A DNA stretch of 64,000 nt from the NCBI RefSeq assembly GCF_000027125.1, contig NC_017626.1. One strand, given 5' to 3'. Under the pieces are notes generated by a model. That model had not been told where the DNA came from, made no database searches, and was given only the letters and a program-made list of their open reading frames with translations. Positions 51,249 to 61,040 of the stretch are shown here, piece by piece. The position numbers and the translations under genes are program-made. This stretch comes from Escherichia coli 042 (lineage in GTDB: Bacteria; Pseudomonadota; Gammaproteobacteria; Enterobacterales; Enterobacteriaceae). The stretch's first letter is position 1. Every line of letters starts with the position of its first letter.

Positions 51249-52034
51249 ATGAACGCAGCACTATGGATCAGCAAAACCGGCCTCTCGGCGCAGGATGCTG
51301 AAATGAGCGCGATTGCCAACAACATCGCCAACGTTAACACCACCGGCTTCAAGCGTGACCGGGTGATGTTTCAGGATCTGTTCTACCAGACCCAGGAAGC
51401 GCCGGGCGCGATGCTCGATCAGAACAACATCATGCCGACCGGGCTGCAATTCGGTAGCGGCGTGCGCATTGTCGGCACCCAGAAAACCTTCACCGAAGGC
51501 AACGTCGAAACCACCGACAACGCCATGAATGTCGCCATTATGGGGCAGGGGTTTTTGCAGGTGCAAAAGGCCAACGGCGATATCGCCTATACCCGCGACG
51601 GCAACTTGCAGGTGAACGCCGACGGCGTACTGACCAACTCGCAGGGCTTGCCGTTGCAGCCGGAAATCGACGTTCCGGCGGGGGCGACCAACGTCGCGTT
51701 TGGCGAGGACGGCACGGTGACGGCGATCTTACCCGGCGACAGCGATGTGACCGAGTTAGGGCAACTGACACTGGTGAACTTCGCCAACCCAGCGGGGCTT
51801 TCTGCCGAGGGCGACAACCTGTATCTGGAAACCGCCGCCAGCGGTCAGCCGACCGAAGGTGTGCCGGGCGAAGATGGGCTTGGCACCTTGCAGGACAACG
51901 CGCTCGAAGGCTCGAACGTGGATATCGTCAACGAAATGGTGGCGATGATTACGGTGCAACGCGCGTACGAGATGAACGCCAAAATGGTGTCGGCAGCGGA
52001 CGATATGTTGCAGTACATCAGCCAGACGCTGTAA
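51249..52034 (+). CDS. lfgG: Distal rod protein FlgG homolog
   Basis: Start at MNAALWISKTGL (261 aa); the track ORF start lies inside the REP element. Confidence 0.9.
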   Translation: MNAALWISKTGLSAQDAEMSAIANNIANVNTTGFKRDRVMFQDLFYQTQEAPGAMLDQNNIMPTGLQFGSGVRIVGTQKTFTEGNVETTDNAMNVAIMGQGFLQVQKANGDIAYTRDGNLQVNADGVLTNSQGLPLQPEIDVPAGATNVAFGEDGTVTAILPGDSDVTELGQLTLVNFANPAGLSAEGDNLYLETAASGQPTEGVPGEDGLGTLQDNALEGSNVDIVNEMVAMITVQRAYEMNAKMVSAADDMLQYISQTL

Positions 52035-52048
52035 GGGAGTGGGGGCAA

Positions 52049-52172
52049 CGTGCGGTCTGATGCCCTCACCCCGGCCCTCTCCCACAGGGAGAGGGGGAAA
52101 AGCGGTGCACGATGTAACAACGCGCACAGGTCAGTCCCCTCTCCCTTGAGGGAGAGGGTTAGGGTGAGGGGG
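52049..52172. repeat. GC-rich composite palindromic repeat, copy 2
   Basis: CTGATGCCCTCACCCCGGCCCTCTCCCACAGGGAGAGGG ... CCCCTCTCCCTTGAGGGAGAGGGTTAGGGTGAGGGG. Confidence 0.75.
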
Positions 52173-52240
52173 AACAAACAGCTCCGCACCCACTAAACAA
52201 CCGGCCACCCCCGTGGCCTGCAACACTAAACAGGCAGAAC

Positions 52241-52906
52241 GTGAAAAATTATCTCTGGCTGGTGGCGCTGCTTCCACTCCTTAGCGGGTGTGAATCACAG
52301 GCCATTCTGGTCAAAAAAGACGACGCATACTTTGCGCCACCCAAAACCGAAGCGCCGCCTCCGGCAGACGGGCGTGCCGGGGGCGTGTTTGAAACTGGCT
52401 ACAACTGGTCGCTAACCGCCGACCGGCGGGCTTACCGCGTGGGCGATATCCTGACGGTGATCCTCGAAGAATCTACCCAGTCGAGCAAACAGGCGAAAAC
52501 CAACTTCGGCAAAAACAACACCGTCGATATCGGCGCGCCGACCATTTTTGGTCACACCAAAGATAAGCTTTCCGGCTCTATCGACGCCAACCGCGACTTT
52601 GACGGCAGCGCCACTTCCCAGCAGCAGAACAGCCTGCGCGGGGAGATCACCGTTTCCGTCCATGCGGTGCAGCCCAACGGCATTCTGGAAATTCGCGGCG
52701 AAAAATGGCTCACCCTCAACCAGGGTGATGAGTACATCCGCTTAAGCGGCCTGGTGCGCGCCGACGATATCCAGAACGACAACTCGGTTTCCTCCCAGCG
52801 GATCGCCGACGCCCGCATTTCCTATGCCGGACGCGGCGCGTTAAGCGACGCCAACGCCGCAGGCTGGCTGACGCGGTTGTTTAACCATCCTCTGTTCCCG
52901 ATTTAA
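52241..52906 (+). CDS. lfgH: L-ring lipoprotein FlgH homolog
   Basis: 221-aa ORF with lipobox LLSGC. Confidence 0.9.
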   Translation: MKNYLWLVALLPLLSGCESQAILVKKDDAYFAPPKTEAPPPADGRAGGVFETGYNWSLTADRRAYRVGDILTVILEESTQSSKQAKTNFGKNNTVDIGAPTIFGHTKDKLSGSIDANRDFDGSATSQQQNSLRGEITVSVHAVQPNGILEIRGEKWLTLNQGDEYIRLSGLVRADDIQNDNSVSSQRIADARISYAGRGALSDANAAGWLTRLFNHPLFPI

Positions 52907-54021
52907 TGCCGGAGAGTGCAATGCAAAACTGGATAAAGGCCGCAGCGATCGCTGTAAGCCTGGCGCTGCCCGGCGTGGCGCTGGCGCAATCGCTGGAGTC
53001 GCTGGTCAACGTACAGGGCGTGCGTGAAAACCAACTGGTCGGCTACAGCCTGGTGGTCGGCCTCGACGGCACGGGTGATAAAAACCAGGTCAAATTCACC
53101 AACCAGACCATCACCAATATGCTGCGCCAGTTTGGCGTGCAGCTGCCGAATAAAATCGACCCGAAGGTGAAAAACGTCGCGGCGGTGGCGGTGAGCGCCA
53201 CGCTGCCGCCGATGTACTCGCGCGGGCAGACCATTGACGTCACCGTTTCGTCGATTGGCGATGCCAAAAGTATTCGCGGCGGCACTTTATTGCTTACGCA
53301 GCTGCACGGCGCAGATGGCGAAGTGTATGCCCTGGCGCAGGGAAGTGTGGTGGTGGGCGGGATGAATGCCACCGGGGCCAGCGGTTCCAGCGTGACGGTT
53401 AACACACCGACCGCCGGGTTAATTCCCAACGGCGCGACGGTGGAGCGTGAGATCCCCAGCGATTTTCAGATGGGCGACACCATCACCCTCAACCTGAAAC
53501 GCCCGTCGTTTAAAGATGCCAACAATATTGCGGCGGCGATCAACGCTTCGTTTGGCGGCATCGCCACCGCGCAGAGTTCCACCAACGTTACCGTGCGCGC
53601 GCCCACCAGCCCCGGCGCGCGGGTGGCGTTTATGTCGCAACTGGATGATGTACAGGTGCAGGTAGAGAAAATCCGCGCCCGCGTGGTGTTTAACTCGCGC
53701 ACTGGCACGGTGGTAATGGGCGATGGCGTTGCGCTGCACGCGGCGGCGGTGTCGCACGGCAGTTTGACCGTCTCGATTAACGAAACCAGCAACGTCAGCC
53801 AGCCGAATGCCTTTGCGGGCGGGCGCACGGCGGTAACGCCGCAGAGCAATATCGCGGTGAATCACGCCCGTCCGGGGGTGGTGAGTTTGCCGGAGTCGAG
53901 CAGCCTGAAAACGTTGGTTAATGCGTTGAACAGTTTAGGCGCGACGCCGGATGACATTATGTCGATTTTGCAGGCGCTGCATGAAGCGGGCGCGCTGGAT
54001 GCCGACCTGGAGGTGATCTGA
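52906..54021 (+). CDS. lfgI: P-ring protein FlgI homolog
   Basis: 371-aa ORF with signal peptide, FlgI-like. Confidence 0.9.
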   Translation: MPESAMQNWIKAAAIAVSLALPGVALAQSLESLVNVQGVRENQLVGYSLVVGLDGTGDKNQVKFTNQTITNMLRQFGVQLPNKIDPKVKNVAAVAVSATLPPMYSRGQTIDVTVSSIGDAKSIRGGTLLLTQLHGADGEVYALAQGSVVVGGMNATGASGSSVTVNTPTAGLIPNGATVEREIPSDFQMGDTITLNLKRPSFKDANNIAAAINASFGGIATAQSSTNVTVRAPTSPGARVAFMSQLDDVQVQVEKIRARVVFNSRTGTVVMGDGVALHAAAVSHGSLTVSINETSNVSQPNAFAGGRTAVTPQSNIAVNHARPGVVSLPESSSLKTLVNALNSLGATPDDIMSILQALHEAGALDADLEVI

Positions 54022-54320
54022 TGAAAGTTAACGGCAGCGGCGGGATTGATGGCAGCGACGCATTAATGGGGCCGAAGGTTCAGGCCAATGATATCAAGCA
54101 GGCTGCGGAACAGTTTGAGGCGATTTTTTTACGCAACATGTTGAAAGAGATGCGTAAAACCAACGAGTTGTTCGATTCGAAAGATAACCCGTTTAACAGC
54201 GATTCGGTGCGCATGATGCAGGGGTTTTATGACGATGAGTTGTGTAACACCCTGGCGCAGCAGCACGGGATTGGGATTGCGGCGATGATTGTGAAGCAGT
54301 TGTCGCCGAAGCATAAATGA
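54021..54320 (+). CDS. lfgJ: Rod-binding FlgJ-like protein, single domain, no muramidase domain
   Basis: 99-aa ORF with the FlgJ N-terminal rod-binding motif (FEAIFLRNMLKEMRKT); too short for a peptidoglycan hydrolase domain. Confidence 0.75.
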   Translation: MKVNGSGGIDGSDALMGPKVQANDIKQAAEQFEAIFLRNMLKEMRKTNELFDSKDNPFNSDSVRMMQGFYDDELCNTLAQQHGIGIAAMIVKQLSPKHK

Positions 54321-54335
54321 GGCTCCGACGTTCGG

Positions 54336-54420
54336 TGCCTGATGCGACGCTGGCGCGTCTTATCAGGCCTACGAGTCGCCCGTATGTAGGCCGGATAAGG
54401 CGTTCACGCCGCATCCGGCA
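54336..54420. repeat. REP elements between lfgJ and lfgK
   Basis: TGCCTGATGCGACGCTGGCGCGTCTTATCAGGCCTAC ... GTAGGCCGGATAAGGCGTTCACGCCGCATCCGGCA. Confidence 0.8.
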
Positions 54421-54495
54421 CCCGGTTTACGGAACTTAAGAATCCCCAACCTAACGCCGCTTTTAACCGGCACGATTTACCGGTAAGGATCCAAC

Positions 54496-55872
54496 ATGGA
54501 CATGATTAACATCGGCTACAGCGGCGCATCAACCGCGCAGGTGGAGCTGAACGTCACGGCGCAAAACACCGCCAACGCCATGACCACGGGCTACACCCGT
54601 CAGGTGGCGGAGATCAGCACCATCGGTGCCAGCGGCGGTTCGCCGAACAGCGCCGGTAACGGCGTGCAGGTCGATAGCATTCGCCGCGTCTCCAACCAGT
54701 ATCAGGTGAATCAGGTGTGGTATGCCGCCAGCGATTACGGCTATTACAGCACCCAGCAAGGGTATCTCACGCAACTGGAAGCGGTACTGAGCGACGATAA
54801 CAGCAGCCTGAGCGGCGGCTTCGATAACTTTTTCGCCGCCCTTAACGAAGCGACCACCAGCCCCGATGATTCCGCCCTGCGCGAGCAGGTGATCAGCGAA
54901 GCCGGGGCGCTGTCGCTGCGTATCGACAACACGCTGGATTACATCGACTCGCAAAGCACGGAAATCATCAGCCAGCAGCAGGCGATGGTGTCGCAAATTA
55001 ATACGCTCACCAGCGGTATCGCCAGCTATAACCAGCAAATCGCTCAGGCCGAAGCCAACGGCGATAACGCCTCCGCGCTGTACGACGCCCGCGACCAGAT
55101 GGTGGAAGAACTCAGCGGGATGATGGATGTGCAGGTCAATATCGACGACCAGGGCAACTACAACGTTACCCTGAAAAACGGTCAACCGCTGGTGAGCGGG
55201 CAGCAAAGCTCGACCATCGCGCTGGAAACCAACGCCGACGGCACGCCGACCATGTCGCTGACCTTCGCCGGAACCACCTCGACGATGACCACCGACACTG
55301 GAGGTTCATTAGGCGCACTGTTTGATTATCAAAACGACGTGCTGACGCCGCTGACCGACACCATCAACAGCATGGCGTCGCAGTTTGCCGATGCGGTCAA
55401 CAATCAACTGGCGCAGGGCTACGATCTCAACGGCAACCCCGGCGAGCCGCTGTTTATTTATGACGCCAGCAACGCCGATGGCCCGCTGACCGTCAACCCG
55501 GATATCACCGCCGATGAGCTGGCGTTTTCCAGTTCACCGGACGAAAGCGGTAACAGCGACAACTTACAGGCGCTGATCAATATCTCCACCGAACCGCTGG
55601 AGATAGCCAACCTCGGCAGCGTGACGGTCGGGCAGGCGTGCTCGTCAATCATCAGCAATATCGGCATTTACAGCCAGCAAAACCAGACGGAAGTCGATGC
55701 CGCGTCCAATGTCTATTCCGCAGCGCAAAACCAGCAGAGCAGCGTCAGCGGCGTCAGCATGGACGAAGAGGCGGTTAACCTGATCACCTATCAACAAATT
55801 TATGAAGCCAATCTGAAAGTCATTTCCGCCGGGGCCGAGATTTTCGATTCGGTGCTGGAAATGTGCAGCTAA
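54496..55872 (+). CDS. lfgK: Hook-associated protein 1 FlgK homolog
   Basis: 458-aa ORF with conserved axial-protein N- and C-termini. Confidence 0.85.
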   Translation: MDMINIGYSGASTAQVELNVTAQNTANAMTTGYTRQVAEISTIGASGGSPNSAGNGVQVDSIRRVSNQYQVNQVWYAASDYGYYSTQQGYLTQLEAVLSDDNSSLSGGFDNFFAALNEATTSPDDSALREQVISEAGALSLRIDNTLDYIDSQSTEIISQQQAMVSQINTLTSGIASYNQQIAQAEANGDNASALYDARDQMVEELSGMMDVQVNIDDQGNYNVTLKNGQPLVSGQQSSTIALETNADGTPTMSLTFAGTTSTMTTDTGGSLGALFDYQNDVLTPLTDTINSMASQFADAVNNQLAQGYDLNGNPGEPLFIYDASNADGPLTVNPDITADELAFSSSPDESGNSDNLQALINISTEPLEIANLGSVTVGQACSSIISNIGIYSQQNQTEVDAASNVYSAAQNQQSSVSGVSMDEEAVNLITYQQIYEANLKVISAGAEIFDSVLEMCS

Positions 55873-55886
55873 GCGGGAGCGCGAAA

Positions 55887-56816
55887 ATGCGAGTAACCAC
55901 CCAACAAACCTACGTCTCGATGACGCAAAGTTTTAATAATCTCTCCGGCGATCTGGCGCATGTGGTCGAGCAGATGGCAACCGGCAAGGAAATTTTGCAG
56001 CCGTCGGATGACCCGATCGCCGCCACGCGCATCACCCAGTTGAACCGCCAACAGTCGGCGATTGAGCAGTATCAGAGCAATATCGACTCCGCGTCGGCGG
56101 GGTTAAGTCAGCAGGAATCAATCCTTGATGGCGTCAACAACAGCCTGCTGGCGGTGCGCGACGACCTGCTGGAAGCGGCGAATGGCACCAATACCGCCGA
56201 TTCGCTCGCAAGTCTCGGGCAGGATATTGAGTCGCTCACCGAATCAATGGTCGTGGCGCTGAACTATCAGGACGAAGACGGGCATTACGTGTTTGGCGGT
56301 ACCATCAACGATCAGCCGCCGATTGTGGCGGTGGACGATGACGGCGATGGCGTGACCGACAGCTACAGCTATCAGGGCAACAGCGACCACCGCCAGACCA
56401 CGGTGTCGAACGGCGTGGAAGTGGATACCAACGTGGCGGTGAGCGATTTCTTCGGCAGCAATTTAGATGTGCTCAACACACTGAATACCCTGTCGCAGGA
56501 GTTGCAAGACCCAAACGTTGACCCGGCCGATCCGCAGGTGCAGAGCGATATTCAGAACGCCGTTGATGTGGTGGACACCGCCTCGGATAACCTCAACGCC
56601 TCGATTGCGTCGCTCGGCGAGACGCAGAACACCATGTCGATGTTGAGCGATGCGCAGACCGATATCTCTACCTCTAATGATGAGCTGATTGGTTCATTAC
56701 AGGATCTCGATTACGGCCCGGCGTCGATCACCTTTACCGGACTGGAAGTAGCAATGGAAGCTACCCTCAAGACTTACTCGAAAGTGAGTGAGTTGAATTT
56801 GTTCAGCGTTCTCTAA
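55887..56816 (+). CDS. lfgL: Hook-associated protein 3 FlgL homolog
   Basis: Start at MRVTTQQTYVSM; flagellin-like N-terminus. Confidence 0.8.
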   Translation: MRVTTQQTYVSMTQSFNNLSGDLAHVVEQMATGKEILQPSDDPIAATRITQLNRQQSAIEQYQSNIDSASAGLSQQESILDGVNNSLLAVRDDLLEAANGTNTADSLASLGQDIESLTESMVVALNYQDEDGHYVFGGTINDQPPIVAVDDDGDGVTDSYSYQGNSDHRQTTVSNGVEVDTNVAVSDFFGSNLDVLNTLNTLSQELQDPNVDPADPQVQSDIQNAVDVVDTASDNLNASIASLGETQNTMSMLSDAQTDISTSNDELIGSLQDLDYGPASITFTGLEVAMEATLKTYSKVSELNLFSVL

Positions 56817-56832
56817 CTCTTTCAGGAACAGT

Positions 56833-57810
56833 ATGCAGGTCGGACTTACATCTTCGTCACTCGCCACCGGCGGCGCGCATAGCGCTGCGGTATCGTCGTC
56901 AACCGTTGCGCCCACTCAGGCGGTGCGGCAAAAACTCCCGGCGACGGCGAGTGAATATCCGGCCTCGCCGCTGATTACCACTCGCCCGCAGCGTTACAGC
57001 GTGCAGCTTAACGACCAGCTCACCACGTTGCAGCAGGCGGATCACTATCTCGGGCAACTGGAGCAGCAGTTGCTCGATTATCGTCACAGCCAGCGCAAAG
57101 GCGGGCAGGCGCAGAGTTCGGCGCTGATGCAGATGCTGGACAAACGCACCGCGCTTTCCGGCGGTGCGGTGGACCGCCAGTTGCAGCCAGTGTTGCAGGG
57201 GGAAGCGCGGGTGACTTTTCACTCGCCGGATCTGGCGAATCTGGTACACAATCCCACGCCGGGAACGCGCATGTTCAGCGTCTCTGACGGGCGGCAGACT
57301 CAGCTTTCGGCGGTGATGCTGTCTGAGGATGACAGCGCTGGGCAGTACCAGACGCGGCTGACCAACGCCCTGCGCCGCGTGGGCGTGCAGATGCATCAAA
57401 ACGCCGATGGTATAAGTTTCTCCACCACTGAAAAACAGTGGCCCAACATTGAAAGCACCCTAAGCGTGCGCACCGATGGTGATAAATCAGCGTTTATGCC
57501 ACTAAAAACCTTTGCCGAACCGTCGCAGGCGGACCGCTTAGTGCAAAGCCTGCAACAGGGCGGAGCGGGGATTTCTCAGACGTTAGAAAGCATTAATCAG
57601 CAGCGTGTGCAGATGGCGGTACAGCAGGAAAAGGCGCGGCAGTTGATCGACGGCATGTCGCGCTTCCCGCAAACGGAAAGCGCCGTGCAGGCGTCGGAAA
57701 ATCTCGGCGGCGTGCTGGATAGCGCCAATCATAACTATCAGGTTTTATTGCAGGCGGTGAACGGTCAGGCGCGAATTTCCAGCCAGACGGTGAGGAGTTT
57801 ATTGGGTTAG
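56833..57810 (+). CDS. Hypothetical flagellar-cluster protein (possibly the Flag-2 gene named lafW; assignment from memory, unverified)
   Basis: 325-aa Gln/Ala/Ser-rich ORF directly after flgL; no recognisable catalytic motif. Confidence 0.5.
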   Translation: MQVGLTSSSLATGGAHSAAVSSSTVAPTQAVRQKLPATASEYPASPLITTRPQRYSVQLNDQLTTLQQADHYLGQLEQQLLDYRHSQRKGGQAQSSALMQMLDKRTALSGGAVDRQLQPVLQGEARVTFHSPDLANLVHNPTPGTRMFSVSDGRQTQLSAVMLSEDDSAGQYQTRLTNALRRVGVQMHQNADGISFSTTEKQWPNIESTLSVRTDGDKSAFMPLKTFAEPSQADRLVQSLQQGGAGISQTLESINQQRVQMAVQQEKARQLIDGMSRFPQTESAVQASENLGGVLDSANHNYQVLLQAVNGQARISSQTVRSLLG

Positions 57811-57831
57811 GGTTATTGTCATTGTTGCTTT

Positions 57832-57872
57832 TATAGCTATTAAGCTATAGTTTATCTATAGCATAAAAGCTA
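57832..57872 (+). promoter_or_regulatory. Palindromic operator-like repeats upstream of the toxin gene
   Basis: TATAGCTAT / AAGCTATAG / TCTATAGCA / AAGCTAT: four ATAGC/GCTAT half-sites in about 40 bp immediately 5' of the toxin ATG. Confidence 0.45.
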
Positions 57873-57882
57873 TGAGGGACCG

Positions 57883-58227
57883 ATGATGTGGGACGTCGAG
57901 ACAACGGAGACTTTCGACAACTGGTTTGATGCCCAGACTGTTGCGCTGAAAGAAGATTTACTTGCTGCAATGCTGATTCTTGCTGAGTATGGCCCACAGT
58001 TGGGCAGACCCTTTGCGGATACGGTTAATGATTCACAGTTTTCAAATATGAAAGAATTACGCGTCCAACATCAGGGAAACCCGGTACGTGCTTTTTTTGC
58101 TTTCGATCCTGCGCGCCGTGGCATTGTATTATGTGCGGGTGATAAAACGGGGTTAAATGAGAAAAAGTTTTATCGCGATATGATCAAGCTCGCTGATTCT
58201 GAATACCGTAAGCATCTGAAAAAGTAA
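57883..58227 (+). CDS. RelE/ParE-superfamily toxin (HigB-like, toxin-first arrangement)
   Basis: 114-aa ORF (MMWDVETTETFDNWFD...GPQLGRPFADT...KELRVQHQGNPVRAFFAFDPARRGIVLCAGDKTG) matching the addiction-module killer protein family. Confidence 0.7.
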   Translation: MMWDVETTETFDNWFDAQTVALKEDLLAAMLILAEYGPQLGRPFADTVNDSQFSNMKELRVQHQGNPVRAFFAFDPARRGIVLCAGDKTGLNEKKFYRDMIKLADSEYRKHLKK

Positions 58228-58236
58228 GGAACGATA

Positions 58237-58536
58237 ATGGCTACTCTAAAAGAACTGATGGCAAAGCAAAGCCCTGAAAGCCAGGCGCGTATTGCGGCAA
58301 AAGTTGAGGAAATGCGCCAGACCATCGCCTTGCATCAGCTGAGAGAAGAACTCAATATTTCGCAAACGGAAATGGCGGCAGCGATGGGCATTAAGCAACC
58401 GACTCTTGCAAAAATGGAGCAGGCAGATAACGATCCTCGGTTGTCTACGCTAAAACGCTATGTTGCGGCTTTAGGTGGGGAATTGAGTATCGACGTTAAA
58501 CTGCCGAATGGTAAGAGAATTGCATTTCAGATTTAA
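58237..58536 (+). CDS. HTH (XRE-type) antitoxin, HigA-like
   Basis: 99-aa ORF 10 nt after the toxin gene; HTH region ELNISQTEMAAAMGIKQPTLAKME. Confidence 0.7.
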   Translation: MATLKELMAKQSPESQARIAAKVEEMRQTIALHQLREELNISQTEMAAAMGIKQPTLAKMEQADNDPRLSTLKRYVAALGGELSIDVKLPNGKRIAFQI

Positions 58537-58593
58537 TTTTGGGGTGCATTTTATGAACCGGATTAGATAAAACGGTATCTAATCCGGTAAACA

Positions 58594-59487
58594 TCAGCAT
58601 TTCTGCACAGTATTTAACAACTTCTCTAAATTCTGATACATCGCGCTATTAATATCGCTATTCTGCCAGCTATCCACATTAAAAGTTAATTGCCAGCTAC
58701 CGTTGCACTGGTTGCGCAGAACAATATCACTCTCCAGTCGGTTACGAACATATTTATAATAGGTTGTCATTGTCATATTATGCGCTGACAATAAATTATC
58801 GAGTTTGTCTTTTCCTGGTGCGAGGGTTTGTGACAGTAACGGTACGGAATTATTTTCCTTTCCAGAACTAAGATGAAATATTTTTATTCTTGGACTGTTA
58901 ATTGACTCTTTTACCAGTTGCGGGGCGTCAGGTGTACTTTTCAAGTGTGAATACCCCACGGTTGAGCCAACCAATATAACAGCTGCGGCCAACGCTAACC
59001 CCATCAGTCCTTTATGTTTTTTTCTAACAGGCACATACGGTGTTGTCGAAGATATCTCTTCTGGGGCTGTATCCTGTATCTGGTCGGTAATAATCAGCGC
59101 TTCTGCAGGCGATGACTCCGGCAAAGACACATACTCTTTATTGCATAAGTAACCTTTCTTCGGAATTGTTTTAATAATGTTCTGTTGTTTGCCATCATCG
59201 TCGATAGCAACGCGCAACGCATGGATCGCCGTCGGCAGGCTGTTTCCGCCGACAATACGGTTCTTCCATACTTCGGCACATAAATAAGATCGCGATAAAA
59301 CCACATCGGCATTTTTTGCTAATGTTTCCAGCAAAATAAAATGGTATTCGCCGAGACGACGTGTTTCACCCGTTTCGCAATGTATTAAGGCATTAAGCGA
59401 CGGGTCCATCCGCCAGTTGTTGATAATAATACTCATAGTTGAGTTTACCTTAGCAAGGGATAAATGTTTCCTGATAGTGCTTTGCAT
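58594..59487 (-). CDS. lafZ: ToxR/CadC-like single-pass membrane transcriptional regulator
   Basis: N-terminal OmpR-type winged-helix region, central TM helix GLMGLALAAAVILVGSTVGY, periplasmic C-terminus; AT-rich; alternative start MSIIINNW at 59436. Confidence 0.6.
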   Translation of the reverse strand: MQSTIRKHLSLAKVNSTMSIIINNWRMDPSLNALIHCETGETRRLGEYHFILLETLAKNADVVLSRSYLCAEVWKNRIVGGNSLPTAIHALRVAIDDDGKQQNIIKTIPKKGYLCNKEYVSLPESSPAEALIITDQIQDTAPEEISSTTPYVPVRKKHKGLMGLALAAAVILVGSTVGYSHLKSTPDAPQLVKESINSPRIKIFHLSSGKENNSVPLLSQTLAPGKDKLDNLLSAHNMTMTTYYKYVRNRLESDIVLRNQCNGSWQLTFNVDSWQNSDINSAMYQNLEKLLNTVQKC

Positions 59488-59921
59488 AAAGCACAGTCTT
59501 ATACGTCCCTGAGAAGATGATTTTTCTGCGTGATAATTAATATTTTATGGTGATAAGATTATTCTTAATCACTATATAGCGTGGAAATGTAACGAAATGA
59601 CAGGACAGGTACAATAGCCAAATGTGTACTATTTGCAACGCAATGTAAATTTTGGCATCAGTACATTGAGAACAAAACGCGATAATTGATGACAATCTTA
59701 ACTATATCAAGCGTTTGATAAAGACATATTTTGATACCTGGCCATGTGGCAGATATTGCTAATAATCTTTTTATCTGAATTTAAACTCTGCTTTTTTTAG
59801 CTAAAAGTGGCATCGGATAATACGTGGCGAAAAAATTATAACGGCGATTTTAAGTTTGCTCCTGAGGTGTCGTTTTTACAGGGTATCGAAACGAAAACGA
59901 TTAATCCCAAGGAGCAGTATC

Positions 59922-60836
59922 ATGTTATCTATTAACACCAATAACGCCTCAATGGCCGCCGTTAATGCAATCAGCAAAAGCAGCTCTTCTCTGTCTACAT
60001 CTATGGAACGCCTGGCGACAGGTAACCGGATTAACTCTTCTGCCGATGACGCCGCAGGCAAACAAATTGCTAACCGTCTGACAGCACAGTCCAGCGGTAT
60101 GGGTGTTGCGCTGAGCAACATCAATGATGCCACCGCGATGCTGCAAACCGCTGACAGCATGTTCGACGAAATGTCTGACGTGCTGGGTCGTATGAAAGAC
60201 CTGTCAACTCAGGCAGCGAACGGCACCTACAGCGACGACGACCTGCAGGCGATGCAGGACGAATACGACGAACTGGGCCAGCAGATGTCTGACATGCTGC
60301 AAAACACCACTTACGGCGGCACCAACCTGTTCGGTGTTTCCGGTACCAGCAACACCGGTACTGACGGTCTGTTCCAGAGCGCGGTAACTTTCCAGGTGGG
60401 CGCGGAATCTTCCGACACCATGACCGTGAATATTTCAAGCCAGCTGAATACCCTGGTGACGGATCTTTCTGCAATCAGCAACTCCTTTAGTGCGGATCAG
60501 GCTGACACCACTGGCACCGCAGGCGTTTCTGGCGGTACTGAGCTGACTGCGTCTGGCTCGGCTAACCAGATGATCACCAGCATCTCTACCGCGATGGATG
60601 ACGTGTCTCAGATCCAGTCCAAGCTGGGTGCCTCTATCAACCGTCTGAACGACACTGCCAACAACCTGACCAGTATGCAAGACAACACCGAAGTCGCTAT
60701 CGGTAACATCATGGATACCGACTACGCGACGGAAGCGTCCAATATGACCAAACAGCAAGTGCTGATGCAGACTGGCATCACCATGCTGAAACAGTCCAAC
60801 AGCATGTCCAGCATGGTTTCCAGCCTGCTGCAGTAA
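59922..60836 (+). CDS. lafA: Lateral flagellin
   Basis: Start at MLSINTNNASMAAVNAI with RBS AAGGAG; conserved flagellin N- and C-terminal domains, short central region (304 aa). Confidence 0.9.
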   Translation: MLSINTNNASMAAVNAISKSSSSLSTSMERLATGNRINSSADDAAGKQIANRLTAQSSGMGVALSNINDATAMLQTADSMFDEMSDVLGRMKDLSTQAANGTYSDDDLQAMQDEYDELGQQMSDMLQNTTYGGTNLFGVSGTSNTGTDGLFQSAVTFQVGAESSDTMTVNISSQLNTLVTDLSAISNSFSADQADTTGTAGVSGGTELTASGSANQMITSISTAMDDVSQIQSKLGASINRLNDTANNLTSMQDNTEVAIGNIMDTDYATEASNMTKQQVLMQTGITMLKQSNSMSSMVSSLLQ

Positions 60837-60880
60837 TGGCGGACTTGCCGATGCGGCGTAAACGCCTTATCCGGCCACGA

Positions 60881-60906
60881 ACAACACCGCCTGCGGGCGG
60901 TGTTGT
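60881..60906 (+). terminator. Rho-independent terminator after lafA, adjacent to a single REP unit
   Basis: Stem ACAACACCGCC / GGCGGTGTTGT with loop TGCG followed by GCTTTC. Confidence 0.55.
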
Positions 60907-60993
60907 GCTTTCAGCGGCAGGCTTTTTTCCGCCAGAACGGAAACGTCATTTCCGCCTGTTTTTCAATCTATTGATTATTCACATAAAAAATAT

Positions 60994-61009
60994 TGGCACG
61001 CCTTTTGCC
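60994..61009 (+). promoter_or_regulatory. Sigma-54 (-24/-12) promoter upstream of lafB
   Basis: TGGCAC-GCCTT-TTGCC, consensus spacing, about 32 nt upstream of the lafB ATG. Confidence 0.75.
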
Positions 61010-61040
61010 ATTAACCTGACATCGTTACCCGGAGTCATCA

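Noticed and set aside
51756-52189. Minus-strand ORFs of 114-123 aa containing GEGRGEG and LSLKGEG peptides
   Set aside because: Span the second GC-rich palindromic repeat and run antisense to lfgG; repeat-derived.
59744-59758. TGGCAG-ATATT-GCT upstream of lafA considered as a sigma-54 promoter
   Set aside because: The GC of the -12 element is 2 nt too close to the GG of the -24 element, so spacing does not fit the consensus.
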